Source: Rhodoluna sp. (GTDB lineage: Bacteria > Actinomycetota > Actinomycetes > Actinomycetales > Microbacteriaceae). Taken from it: DNA of 64,000 bases. Shown here piece after piece: positions 50,130 to 59,910 of this stretch; the stretch's first letter is position 1, and each line of letters starts with the position of its first letter. The stretch covers positions 16,529 to 80,528 of the forward strand of contig JBIIQC010000001.1 in assembly GCA_044342295.1 (NCBI GenBank). Reading direction: 5' to 3'. The translations under genes were made by a program, and so were the position numbers. The notes beneath the pieces were generated by a model. That model was not told the DNA's origin, did not search any database, and saw nothing but the letters and a program-made list of their open reading frames with translations.

Positions 50130-52883
50130 ATGACAGCCAATGTTTGCGCGATAGTTTTAGCACACGATCAACCTCAGTACCTAGACCGAGTTCTAGCTGA
50201 TCTTAGAAACCAATCAGTAGCACCAACAAAAGTTTTAGTTGTTGACACATCAAAAAATTCATCAATCTCGAACTTAGGTTTTGAGGTTCTCAGGCTTGAT
50301 TCCAAAACCGGATTCGCCGCGGCAATTGATGCTGCTGTGCAGCATATGTCTGCGGAGGGTTATCTTTGGATACTTCACGATGACAGTGCGCCAGAGCAAA
50401 GAGCCTTAGAGCAGCTACTTCGCGAAGTTGAGCTAAGCCCATCACTTGCCATTGTTGGCCCCAAACAAGTCGACTGGGAAAACCCCAAGATAATCAAACA
50501 GCTCGGTTTGACCCTGACCCGAACCGGCAGGTTGTTTAGTCGGGTTCGAGGCGAATTCGACCAGGGGCAGCACGACCACGCCGAAGACGTCATGGCAGTT
50601 GGCACTGCCGGGGCGCTGGTGAATCTTGGCGTTTATCAATCTCTTGGAGGGTTTGATAGAAATGCCCCGGTTTATGCAAGCGATGTCGATTTTTCAATTC
50701 GCGCCAGGCTCTCAGGTTTTCGAGTCGCGGTGGCACCAAATGCCAGGGTTTCTCACAAGATGCTCTCGATGCAGGGAGCTCGCCCACTTAGCTGGCTGGG
50801 CACAAGCCCTGCAACGGCAATTAGGCAAGCAGAGCTTCATCTGGGCTTGAGCTACGCAAACCCAGTTTTGTTTTTACTTGGCTGGCTACTTCTTCTTCCT
50901 GCGGCGGCTATCAATTCACTACTACTTGTTCTTAGGTCGAGGGCCTATGCAATTACCCCAGAGATCACGGCTTCTTTTTTGGTCTTCCTAAGCTTGAAAA
51001 ACCTCTTGCTATCCAGATCGATAATTCGCCAAAGCACTTCAGCAAAACTTGGAACCTTGTCGGGACTTCGCGCCACTGCACAGGAAGTTAGAAACGATAA
51101 CAAAAAAGCTAGAGACGAAGAAGTCTCAACAAGACTTCTTGCCTCGCACGCCATGGGTGAAACCGAACAGCTTCAGGTTGCACCAAACTCAGGATTGCTG
51201 GCCTCCGGTGCAATCTGGTTCGCACTTGGATTAGTTGCGCTAAACCTACCTTGGGTTCCCACGAACGTTTCTGTTACCGGTTCAGGAGTGCTTCCAGTTT
51301 CTTCTAACTGGTTAGAAATCTTTGGCCAGGCCGGATCTAACTCGCACTCCATCGGCTTAGGTTTTGTCGGAGCTGCAGACCCTTGGGTTTGGGCGCTTAG
51401 CTTGCTAAGCGCTCCATTGTTTTTCCTACCCCCGCTAGCTATCACCTTATTTATGTTCCTGGCAACACCAATTGCTTTTGTTGGAGCCTTCAAACTTTCG
51501 GAACTGGTCTCTTCCAGAAACATAGTTCGAATTGTTGCTTCATTGAGTTTTGCTTTATGGCCGGCGCTTACGGTTTCGTTATCGCAGGCCAAGTTCTCCC
51601 AGGTGTTCGCAATTGCACTTCTACCTTGGCTGCTTTACTCACTGGCTCGAGTTGCAAGAATCGGGCAGAAGGATTCAACAAGGTTCCCTAGAACTCACGT
51701 TGGGATAGCGGCAATTTTGCTTGCCATGATTGCAGCGAGCTCTCCGGTGCTTGGGGTTGTATTGCTAGCGATGGTTATCACCACCGCGGTGATGCGACCA
51801 ACCAAGATCGTGCCGCTTATGGCCACCACCTTGCTCGCCTGGGCCTGGTTCCTACCACTGGTGATTGAACGAGCAGTTGCTGGCAACTGGCTTAGCTTGC
51901 TGCTTGATCCTGGCATCAGTGTCTCGGATGGCTTGGAAGCCAACTGGAAACTTGCCTTTTTTGGCTTCGGGTTTGATTCGCTCAGTTGGGGATTGCTAAT
52001 TACGGTCCCAGTTCTTTTCTTTGCTCTACTTGCACTGCTAGCGCCCAAGCTTGCGAACACTTTGCCGCTCTGGGCAATTGCGCTGGTGGCCTTGGCTGCC
52101 AGCTGGGTGGTTGCTGGCATTGATTTTGATCTAGGCAATGGCTCAAGCATCGGAATCGATGTAACGGCTGTTCTTGGTTTGTTTGGTCTGGCCTTAGCTC
52201 TTTTGTTGGCTCACCTTGCCGATAGTTCATTTGTGCTTCGAATCAGCTCGCTGGCAACGGTTGCGCTTTTGGGATTAGTGCCAGCAGCTTTCCAAATGGT
52301 TAGTGATCCGCCTGAAGTTTCTTACTCAGATGGTCGAATCGTGCCTTCCATTATTCAAGCCGATGTTAGCGCCGGTAGTTACTGGCGAACTCTCAAGCTC
52401 GAGTCCACAACCGAAGGTGGTCTAGTTGCGCAAGTTTTCACGGGAGATGGAGTGAAGCTCAATCACATCTCAAGTGGTTACAAAATTTCCAGCACAACAA
52501 ACCCTGCTGTGAATCCGGACTACAGCGAACTTGGTCAATTAGTTGCCAACTTGGCTTCGGCCAATGGAGCAGAGATCTTGCCAACCCTTGAAAGATTTGG
52601 CATTGGATACATTCTTGTGAATCCAGTTGATCGAAATCTTCAGCTCGCTCTTGATTCCACCAGAGAACTTGAATCAATTGGAGTTACAGACTTTGGTCAG
52701 TTGTGGAAGGTAGAAAACATCACAGCTGGGAGCCAATCCCAGCCGCTTGATCTTGGATTCGTAAAGTTAGGCCAGCTTGCAGTTTTGGCCTTGTTTGCCT
52801 GGTTCGCAATCCCAACAAGGCGCAGAAAAAAGCGCAAGGACAAGGACAGCGAAATATTCATTGACTCCGAGGAGGCAAGTTGA
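50130..52883 (+). CDS. GT2 glycosyltransferase fused to a multi-pass membrane domain
   Basis: WILHDD, VGPK, DQGQHD, DFSIRAR..G; many TM segments; usual gene downstream of whiB. Confidence 0.85.
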   Translation: MTANVCAIVLAHDQPQYLDRVLADLRNQSVAPTKVLVVDTSKNSSISNLGFEVLRLDSKTGFAAAIDAAVQHMSAEGYLWILHDDSAPEQRALEQLLREVELSPSLAIVGPKQVDWENPKIIKQLGLTLTRTGRLFSRVRGEFDQGQHDHAEDVMAVGTAGALVNLGVYQSLGGFDRNAPVYASDVDFSIRARLSGFRVAVAPNARVSHKMLSMQGARPLSWLGTSPATAIRQAELHLGLSYANPVLFLLGWLLLLPAAAINSLLLVLRSRAYAITPEITASFLVFLSLKNLLLSRSIIRQSTSAKLGTLSGLRATAQEVRNDNKKARDEEVSTRLLASHAMGETEQLQVAPNSGLLASGAIWFALGLVALNLPWVPTNVSVTGSGVLPVSSNWLEIFGQAGSNSHSIGLGFVGAADPWVWALSLLSAPLFFLPPLAITLFMFLATPIAFVGAFKLSELVSSRNIVRIVASLSFALWPALTVSLSQAKFSQVFAIALLPWLLYSLARVARIGQKDSTRFPRTHVGIAAILLAMIAASSPVLGVVLLAMVITTAVMRPTKIVPLMATTLLAWAWFLPLVIERAVAGNWLSLLLDPGISVSDGLEANWKLAFFGFGFDSLSWGLLITVPVLFFALLALLAPKLANTLPLWAIALVALAASWVVAGIDFDLGNGSSIGIDVTAVLGLFGLALALLLAHLADSSFVLRISSLATVALLGLVPAAFQMVSDPPEVSYSDGRIVPSIIQADVSAGSYWRTLKLESTTEGGLVAQVFTGDGVKLNHISSGYKISSTTNPAVNPDYSELGQLVANLASANGAEILPTLERFGIGYILVNPVDRNLQLALDSTRELESIGVTDFGQLWKVENITAGSQSQPLDLGFVKLGQLAVLALFAWFAIPTRRRKKRKDKDSEIFIDSEEAS

Positions 52884-54343
52884 TGATTAATAGAGTCATA
52901 GCGCTTATAGCAACCTCTGTTTTGTTGGCAGCAGGTTTGGTTTTTGCTCCTCCGGTGGCGGTGTCGGTTGATTTAGGTTCAGCCAGCGGAAGTTTTGATG
53001 TGAAGCCTGCCGATCAAAGTGTTGTTTGCCCTGGACCGCTTTTTGTATCCGGCGGCGCGAGCGGAACAGATCTTGGTGCTTTTGATAGAACCGGCTCCAC
53101 AACCCTTCGATACTCAGCCGATGGAACCGGAGTGCTTGAAGTTAAATCAATTGCCGCCTCGGATCCTGGAGTTGTAGCACTTGGATCCGGAAGGGTTTAT
53201 TCGGCAAGTGAAATTGGAAATGCTACCGAGCTCAAAAACACCGGAGCAACTGCCGGTTCGGTGCAAGGCTCGATGGTGGTAACCGGTAGCACCACGCAGT
53301 TAGTTGCAATTGATTCCATGCGAGGCTTGGCTGCCGCAAGCTGCCAACAGCCAAGCAATGACATCTGGTTAGTCGGCGGATCAACCGCCGCAGGTCGTGA
53401 AGCGTTATTAGTTCTCACAAACCCAACCCCAAGTGACGCCACCGCGGATCTTAAGATTTTCACAGACCTAGGTGAATTAGAAGTGGCCGGTCTTTCGGGA
53501 ATTTCGGTGCTGGCAAATTCCACCACGGTGCTATCTCTTGCAAGCTTTGCGCCAACCGTGGCGACTTTGGCGGTCCATGTTCAAGCATCCGGCGCCAAGC
53601 TGGCGGGCTGGATTCAACACCGGGTTATGAACGGCACCGAGTCGCTAGGTGTTGATTTTGTAGTGCCGTCACCGCCACCCCAGCTGGTGTCGGTAATTCC
53701 TGGTTTTGTGGTTCGTGGAACAGAGGCAATCAACCAGGTTGACGTGACTGAAGCTATTTCCGACGCCGGGCACTCGCTTCGGGTCTTTGCTCCCACGGGT
53801 GCAAACGTAACTGTGCAGATTGTTTCCACCAGCTCAGATGTTTTTGGTGCGGTTGTAACTGGAGTTGTTGAACCTGGAACAGTTACAGATTTTCCGATCA
53901 ACGATTTGCTAGATGGAAACTATTCGGTGTTTGTCACAGCTGACCAGCCGGTGTACGCAACCGCGAAGGCTGCCATAGGTAATGACGGTGGCACACCGCG
54001 AATCGACTTCACCTGGCTCAGCGCTTCCGAGCCAATCACAACATCAAGGGCAATAATGACTTCGGGGATTGTGCCACCAGATGGCGCGTCTTATATCGTT
54101 TTAGGAAACCCGCTAAATGAACCAAGAAGCGCCACGATCACGAGTTTGGAAACCGGGGTCGCAACGGTTGTTGCAGTTCCCGCTCTTGGGTCTTCTTCGC
54201 TTGGTGTTACCGGAGCGGTGGCTATTTCTAGCGACAGTGAGATTTTTGCATCAGTGGCACTGCTAGTTAGCGGTCAAATTTCCTCGTTGGCAATTATTGA
54301 TCCGACCAACATAGGAAACTCAGTCCAGGTTCGTTTCCGCTAG
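52883..54343 (+). CDS. Secreted protein (DUF5719-like)
   Basis: Signal anchor, VCPGP, GLAAASC, WLVGG, LVLTNP; synteny with whiB-GT2. Confidence 0.7.
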   Translation: MINRVIALIATSVLLAAGLVFAPPVAVSVDLGSASGSFDVKPADQSVVCPGPLFVSGGASGTDLGAFDRTGSTTLRYSADGTGVLEVKSIAASDPGVVALGSGRVYSASEIGNATELKNTGATAGSVQGSMVVTGSTTQLVAIDSMRGLAAASCQQPSNDIWLVGGSTAAGREALLVLTNPTPSDATADLKIFTDLGELEVAGLSGISVLANSTTVLSLASFAPTVATLAVHVQASGAKLAGWIQHRVMNGTESLGVDFVVPSPPPQLVSVIPGFVVRGTEAINQVDVTEAISDAGHSLRVFAPTGANVTVQIVSTSSDVFGAVVTGVVEPGTVTDFPINDLLDGNYSVFVTADQPVYATAKAAIGNDGGTPRIDFTWLSASEPITTSRAIMTSGIVPPDGASYIVLGNPLNEPRSATITSLETGVATVVAVPALGSSSLGVTGAVAISSDSEIFASVALLVSGQISSLAIIDPTNIGNSVQVRFR

Positions 54344-54762
54344 CGGTTGTAGTAATCGGGGACCAAGTCCCAAGGATCTATATCTAGTAAATCGGCTATG
54401 GCCTCAAATACCTGCTGCTCTACTTTTAGTCTTTCCTCGAGCATTGACTTTCTAGAGTGAGAGCCAAAGCGCTCAGTAGGAATTCGATAAATCGTAATGT
54501 GATTCCGATCGCTATCGACCTTCCATCTTGGAATATCAGTTTCACTCTCAGAAGCGGAAGGTTCGGATCTAACTGACCAGGTTAGGCCTTCGAGGTCCTC
54601 GGCCCAAATGCCCTTTAGGTACTCCATTGCGGTGTCGACATACTGCTCAAAGCTGTGCGAACGAGTTTGGCCAAATTTGAATAATTTGCTCAGCAGCGGT
54701 CTTCGCATACCGCGGTCATGGCGATCGCGGTGGGCGTTACGCGATTTCGAAGGTTTAGCCAT
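54340..54762 (-). CDS. Zincin-like (metallopeptidase-family) protein lacking HExxH
   Basis: RDRHDRGMR N-terminus, ITIYRIP, ADLLDIDPWDL; usual position in this locus. Confidence 0.7.
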   Translation of the reverse strand: MAKPSKSRNAHRDRHDRGMRRPLLSKLFKFGQTRSHSFEQYVDTAMEYLKGIWAEDLEGLTWSVRSEPSASESETDIPRWKVDSDRNHITIYRIPTERFGSHSRKSMLEERLKVEQQVFEAIADLLDIDPWDLVPDYYNR

Positions 54763-54785
54763 GGCCCCATTGTATTATTGGGACA
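54763..54785. promoter_or_regulatory. Overlapping divergent -10 boxes driving two leaderless genes
   Basis: TACAAT (-, 54774-54769) 6 nt before ATG 54762; TATTAT (+, 54773-54778) 7 nt before GTG 54786. Confidence 0.65.
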
Positions 54786-56186
54786 GTGAGCACACTTGAT
54801 GCAATTTTCAAAAAATACGACATCCGTGGATTAGTCGGTACTGAAATAACCCCAGAGAAGATCGCAGCCATCGCTGCCGCCTTTGTCGACGAGCTTGAGC
54901 TTTCCGGCAAGTCAGTGGTGGTTGGCCATGACATGAGAGATTCCTCAGTGGGTTTCGTGGATGCCTTTATAGAAGGTGCTACCGCTAGGGGAGCCGACGT
55001 TATCAACATCGGTCTATGTTCAACCGACGAGTGCTACTTTGCCTCCGGCCACTTGGATGCAGCAGCTGCCATGTTTACCGCGAGCCACAACCCTTCCAGT
55101 TACAACGGCATCAAGCTCTCTCGAGCTGGAGCCCGAGGTATTTCTATGGAAACTGGCTTAAGTGAAATTCTTGCTGGTGCAAATAAGTATCTGACTTCTG
55201 GAATCAAAGAGGTAGCAGAGCCTGGTTACGCCAGTGAGCACGACATCATGGGCGAGTACGCGGCAAATCTTCGTGAACTTGTTTCCCTTGATGCAATTCG
55301 ACCACTAAAAGTCGTTGTTGATTCTGCCAATGGAATGGGCGGACTTACTGTGCCATCAGTTTTGGGAACCGATGCGGGACTGTCCGAGCTGCCACTTGAA
55401 ATCATCCCGATGTATTTTGAACTAGATGGCAGTTTCCCAAATCACGAAGCTAACCCATTGGATCCGAAAAACCTCGTGGACTTGCAAAAACGAGTCATTC
55501 AAGAAAAGGCAGATATCGGTTTGGCCTTTGATGGCGATGCAGACCGCTGCTTTGTGATTGACGAAAAGGGAAACGCAGTTTCACCCTCTGCTGTTGCAGC
55601 GATAGTTGCAGTGAGCGAGATCGCAAGAGCAAAGGCACTAGGGGATACCAAAATTCACATCTTGCATAACTTGCTTACCTCGCGGGCAGTTAAGGAGTTC
55701 ATTGAAGCTGCTGGCGCAACAGCTACCCGCACCCGGGTCGGTCACTCTTTGATCAAAGACGAGATGGCAAGAACCGGAGCCATATTTGGTGGCGAGCACT
55801 CCGCGCACTATTACTTCAAAGAGTTTTACGGTGCTGACAGTGGCATGCTGGCGGCTATGCACGTGATGCGCGAGTTTGGCTCGCAGGATCTGCCCCTTTC
55901 GGAGTTTGCCGCGAAGTTTGACCCATATTTTGCCAGCGGCGAGATCAACTCGACCGTGGCCGACGCTGGAGCCAAAATCGCTCAAATCATGAGTGAGTTC
56001 CAAGGGGCGGATTTTGACGATTTGGACGGGATTACCCTCAGTTCCCCAGCCGGTGAGAGCCCCTGGTGGTGGTTTAACGTCCGAAGCTCCAATACCGAGC
56101 CGCTACTTAGGTTGAATGTGGAGTCTGAGAACAAAAACCGCTGTGATGAGCTAACTTCAAGGGTTTTGGGTCTAATAAATAGCTAA
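54786..56186 (+). CDS. manB: Phosphomannomutase/phosphoglucomutase
   Basis: FKKYDIRG, TASHNP, FDGDADR, GEHSAHYYF, RSSNTEP. Confidence 0.94.
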   Translation: MSTLDAIFKKYDIRGLVGTEITPEKIAAIAAAFVDELELSGKSVVVGHDMRDSSVGFVDAFIEGATARGADVINIGLCSTDECYFASGHLDAAAAMFTASHNPSSYNGIKLSRAGARGISMETGLSEILAGANKYLTSGIKEVAEPGYASEHDIMGEYAANLRELVSLDAIRPLKVVVDSANGMGGLTVPSVLGTDAGLSELPLEIIPMYFELDGSFPNHEANPLDPKNLVDLQKRVIQEKADIGLAFDGDADRCFVIDEKGNAVSPSAVAAIVAVSEIARAKALGDTKIHILHNLLTSRAVKEFIEAAGATATRTRVGHSLIKDEMARTGAIFGGEHSAHYYFKEFYGADSGMLAAMHVMREFGSQDLPLSEFAAKFDPYFASGEINSTVADAGAKIAQIMSEFQGADFDDLDGITLSSPAGESPWWWFNVRSSNTEPLLRLNVESENKNRCDELTSRVLGLINS

Positions 56187-56207
56187 TAGCCAAGGTATGC
56201 TTGGATA

Positions 56208-57680
56208 ATGCTGAAATCAAAGACAACTATCGAATTTAAAGTAGCCGACCTAGCTCTTGCCGAGGCTGGAAGACATCAAATCCGCCTGGCTGAGAACGAA
56301 ATGCCTGGTCTTATGGCTCTGCGCCAAGAGTTTGCCGCAGCACAGCCACTAAAGGGTGCCCGCATCGCCGGCTCACTTCACATGACCGTTCAGACCGCTG
56401 TGCTAATCGAGACCCTTGCTGCCCTTGGTGCCAAGGTTCGTTGGGCCAGCTGTAACATTTTCTCCACTCAGGACGAAGCAGCAGCTGCTGTTGTAGTTGG
56501 ATCTGGATCTCCAGAGCACGTTGCTGGTATTCCTGTGTTTGCCTGGAAGGGCGAAACCCTAGACGAGTACTGGTGGGCAACTTCAAGAATCTTCGATTGG
56601 TCCACAGAGGCCGAAGCAGAAGGTGCTAGCTACACCGGACCAAACATGATTTTGGATGACGGCGGAGACGCTACCTTGCTTGTTCACAAGGGACGCGAGT
56701 TCGAGCTCGCTGGATCAGTTCCCCCAACCGGTGCAGACGACAGCGAAGAGTATGGCGTAATTTTGGAACTCCTTCGCGATTCTTTAAAGGAAGACCCAAA
56801 GCGCTTCACAACTATTGCTTCTGAAATCATCGGTGTTAGCGAAGAGACCACCACCGGTGTTCACAGACTTTACGAATTCCACAAGCGCGGAGAGCTATTG
56901 TTCCCAGCGATCAACGTGAACGACTCTGTTACCAAGACTAAGTTCGACAACAAGTATGGAATCAGACACTCACTTCCAGATGGTCTAAACCGTGCAACCG
57001 ACGTTTTGATCGGTGGCAAGACTGTTTGGGTTGGTGGCTACGGTGACGTAGGTAAGGGTGCAGCTGAAGCTCTTGTTGGTCAGGGAGCCAGAGTAATTGT
57101 TAGCGAGATCGATCCGATTTGTGCACTGCAGGCAGTTATGGATGGTTACCAGGTAACAACTTTGGAATCTGTAATCGAAGATGTTGACATCTTTGTAACT
57201 GCAACCGGAAACACCGGAGTGATTACACCAGAGCACGTTATGCAGATGAAGCACCTTGCTGTAATTGCAAACATCGGTCACTTTGATGACGAGATCGACA
57301 TGGCCGGAATTGGCAAGATCAAGGACATCAGCAAGATCGAGATCAAGCCTCAGGTTCACGAGTGGTTGCTGCCAAACGGCAAGAGCGTTCTAATCCTGAG
57401 TGAGGGAAGACTAATGAACCTTGGTAACGCCACTGGCCACCCAAGCTTTGTAATGAGCACCTCGTTCTCAAACCAGGTTCTAGCTCAGATCGAGTTGTTC
57501 ACCAACTTGTCTGCCTACCCACTGGGTGTTCACATTCTGCCTAAGCACCTAGACGAGAAGGTTGCCAGAATGCACCTTGACGCACTTGGTGTGAAGCTGA
57601 CAGAAATGAACGCAGACCAGGCGCGGTATATTGGTGTTCCAGTCAATGGACCATACAAGGTGGACCACTACCGCTACTAG
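56208..57680 (+). CDS. ahcY: Adenosylhomocysteinase
   Basis: [46 protein letters not shown]. Confidence 0.98.
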   Translation: MLKSKTTIEFKVADLALAEAGRHQIRLAENEMPGLMALRQEFAAAQPLKGARIAGSLHMTVQTAVLIETLAALGAKVRWASCNIFSTQDEAAAAVVVGSGSPEHVAGIPVFAWKGETLDEYWWATSRIFDWSTEAEAEGASYTGPNMILDDGGDATLLVHKGREFELAGSVPPTGADDSEEYGVILELLRDSLKEDPKRFTTIASEIIGVSEETTTGVHRLYEFHKRGELLFPAINVNDSVTKTKFDNKYGIRHSLPDGLNRATDVLIGGKTVWVGGYGDVGKGAAEALVGQGARVIVSEIDPICALQAVMDGYQVTTLESVIEDVDIFVTATGNTGVITPEHVMQMKHLAVIANIGHFDDEIDMAGIGKIKDISKIEIKPQVHEWLLPNGKSVLILSEGRLMNLGNATGHPSFVMSTSFSNQVLAQIELFTNLSAYPLGVHILPKHLDEKVARMHLDALGVKLTEMNADQARYIGVPVNGPYKVDHYRY

Positions 57681-57688
57681 GACCTAAC

Positions 57689-58357
57689 ATGACCCCTAAG
57701 ATTCTTGTCGTCGATGACGACAATGCGCTAAGGGAAATGGTTGGAATTGTTCTAACAGCAGCTGGTTTCACCCCGACTTACTGTCCAGACGGTAATCAGG
57801 CGCTCGCGATATTCGAAGCTGAACAACCAGATCTAGTTCTTCTTGACGTGATGCTTCCTGGGCAAAGTGGGATTGCTGTTTGCAAAGAAATTCGAGCCGT
57901 CTCCGGCACACCAATTATCATGCTGACCGCTAAGTCCGAAACCAACGATGTTGTTCTGGGGCTCGAAGCCGGTGCCGATGATTACATGGTCAAACCTTTT
58001 GAACCGAGTGAACTTACCGCACGAATCAAGGCTCGACTTCGGCCAATCACAAGCTCGGAAGCAAGAGTTAGCATCGGGCCATTAGTTTTGGATGTCGAAG
58101 GCCACCAGGTATTACGTGACGGAGAGCTTGTTTCTTTGACTCCTTTGGAATTTAACTTATTGCTGACCCTGGCCCAAAAACCAAACCAAGTTTTTACGCG
58201 AGAACTTTTGCTAGAGCAAGTTTGGGGATACCAGTACAAGGCGGACACCAGGTTGGTAAACGTTCATGTTCAACGCTTGCGCTCGAAGATTGAGATTGAT
58301 CCCGATAACCCAACGATTATCAAAACCGTTCGAGGCATTGGCTATAGGGCTGGATAG
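57689..58357 (+). CDS. mtrA: OmpR-family response regulator MtrA
   Basis: LLDVMLPG, GADDY, WGYQYKADTRLVNVHVQRLRSK; mtrAB-lpqB synteny. Confidence 0.95.
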   Translation: MTPKILVVDDDNALREMVGIVLTAAGFTPTYCPDGNQALAIFEAEQPDLVLLDVMLPGQSGIAVCKEIRAVSGTPIIMLTAKSETNDVVLGLEAGADDYMVKPFEPSELTARIKARLRPITSSEARVSIGPLVLDVEGHQVLRDGELVSLTPLEFNLLLTLAQKPNQVFTRELLLEQVWGYQYKADTRLVNVHVQRLRSKIEIDPDNPTIIKTVRGIGYRAG

Positions 58358-58362
58358 GCTAA

Positions 58363-59910
58363 ATGTTTAGCTTGCTTAGACGCTCGGTTCAGGCTCGAGC
58401 GGTTGCTACCACCGTTGCGCTTAGCTCTGCGCTACTTGTTGTCCTTGGCGGGTTCCTTTCGTTCTCGATTGGAAACGGTCTATTCGAAGAGCGGCTGCAG
58501 CAGGTATTAGCTGAGTCCGAGGTGGCTGTACTGGATGTTCAAAACACCTTTGCTGCCGCTACGGTTAGCGATGAAATAGCGCTTCAGACCCTCATGAATT
58601 CGGTGGTTCCTAAGCTAGAAGCCACCGAGGTGGCAGATACCCGCAGGATTGCGCTGCTTCGAACCCCCGGGCAATTGGGCGTTCAGCTGCTGCAGAGCCC
58701 AATTTCTTCTGGTCTGGATACCGCTCTTATCTCATCCAGTTTTCGAGCTGAGGTGCGACTTAGCGAAGGAAGATTGCTCTACCAATCGATACAGCTTTCA
58801 ACAACTACCGATGGGGTGACAACCACGAGCCCAGGTTTGGTTGTTGGCTCTCCAATCCAGATACCCCTTGCTGGTTCTCACGAGCTTTACCTAGTGTTTG
58901 ATCTATCAAGCGATCAGCAAACATTGAATTTTGTACAGCAGACCCTGTTTGCCGGTGGGTTGGCAATTATTTTTATCATCGGCGGTGTTGCCTATCTGGT
59001 AACCGGATGGATCGTAAGACCGGTAAAAATAGCAGCCGAAGTTTCGGAAGAAATTGCTGATGGCGCACTAGATGTTCGGCTGCTAGAAAAAGGTGAGGAC
59101 GCCGTTTCTTCTTTGGCTAGATCTTTCAACAGAATGGCCGATTCACTGCAGCAGCAGATTACAAAACTGGCATCTGTTTCCAAGATGCAGCAGCGCTTTG
59201 TGTCTGATGTTTCCCACGAGCTTAGAACGCCACTAACCACTATCAAACTTGCTGGTGACTTGATATTTGAAGGCAGAGAGAACCTTGATCCATCGCTAAA
59301 GCGCTCAGCTGAGATTATGCAAGGTCAAATCGAGCGCTTTGAAGTTTTGCTAAATGACCTCCTGGAGATTTCCAGATACGACGCTGGAGCGGTTCGCCCA
59401 GAACTTGAGATTCATGATCTGAACCAGGTTGCCTCATCCGCTATTGCATCTATTGACCCGCTCGCTAGCAAGCGGGGGAGTGCAATAGAGGTAGAGCTAC
59501 CAAAGGATGAAGTGTTGGCGGAGTTTGACTACCGCAGAATCGAAAGACTGCTTAGAAACTTACTTGCCAATGCAATTGAGCACGGCGAGGGTAAACCAAT
59601 TCACGTTGCCGTCGGGCACAACGAAGAAGCGGTAGCTGTGAAGGTTACCGATAACGGCGTTGGCATGAGTGAAATCGAATTGGCCAGGGTATTCGATAGG
59701 TTCTGGCGAGCAGACCCCGCAAGAAAGCGAACTACCGGAGGAACCGGTTTAGGTTTGGCAATTTCCTTGGAGGACACTTTGTTACACGGTGGCTCCCTTG
59801 ATGTCTGGGCAAAACCCAATGCCGGGGCAAGTTTTAGACTCACGTTGCCCAAGGTTCAAGGCGGCACGATTAGCTCTTCACCGCTTTCGTTACCTAGCGA
59901 GGGGCAGTAA
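58363..59910 (+). CDS. mtrB: Sensor histidine kinase MtrB
   Basis: 2 TM, HAMP, FVSDVSHELRTPL, FWRADPAR..TGGTGLGLAI. Confidence 0.94.
   Translation: MFSLLRRSVQARAVATTVALSSALLVVLGGFLSFSIGNGLFEERLQQVLAESEVAVLDVQNTFAAATVSDEIALQTLMNSVVPKLEATEVADTRRIALLRTPGQLGVQLLQSPISSGLDTALISSSFRAEVRLSEGRLLYQSIQLSTTTDGVTTTSPGLVVGSPIQIPLAGSHELYLVFDLSSDQQTLNFVQQTLFAGGLAIIFIIGGVAYLVTGWIVRPVKIAAEVSEEIADGALDVRLLEKGEDAVSSLARSFNRMADSLQQQITKLASVSKMQQRFVSDVSHELRTPLTTIKLAGDLIFEGRENLDPSLKRSAEIMQGQIERFEVLLNDLLEISRYDAGAVRPELEIHDLNQVASSAIASIDPLASKRGSAIEVELPKDEVLAEFDYRRIERLLRNLLANAIEHGEGKPIHVAVGHNEEAVAVKVTDNGVGMSEIELARVFDRFWRADPARKRTTGGTGLGLAISLEDTLLHGGSLDVWAKPNAGASFRLTLPKVQGGTISSSPLSLPSEGQ

Noticed and set aside
56187-56207. 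SAH or SAM riboswitch upstream of ahcY
   Set aside because: The 21-nt spacer holds only a -10 box 6 nt before the ATG, leaving no room for an aptamer
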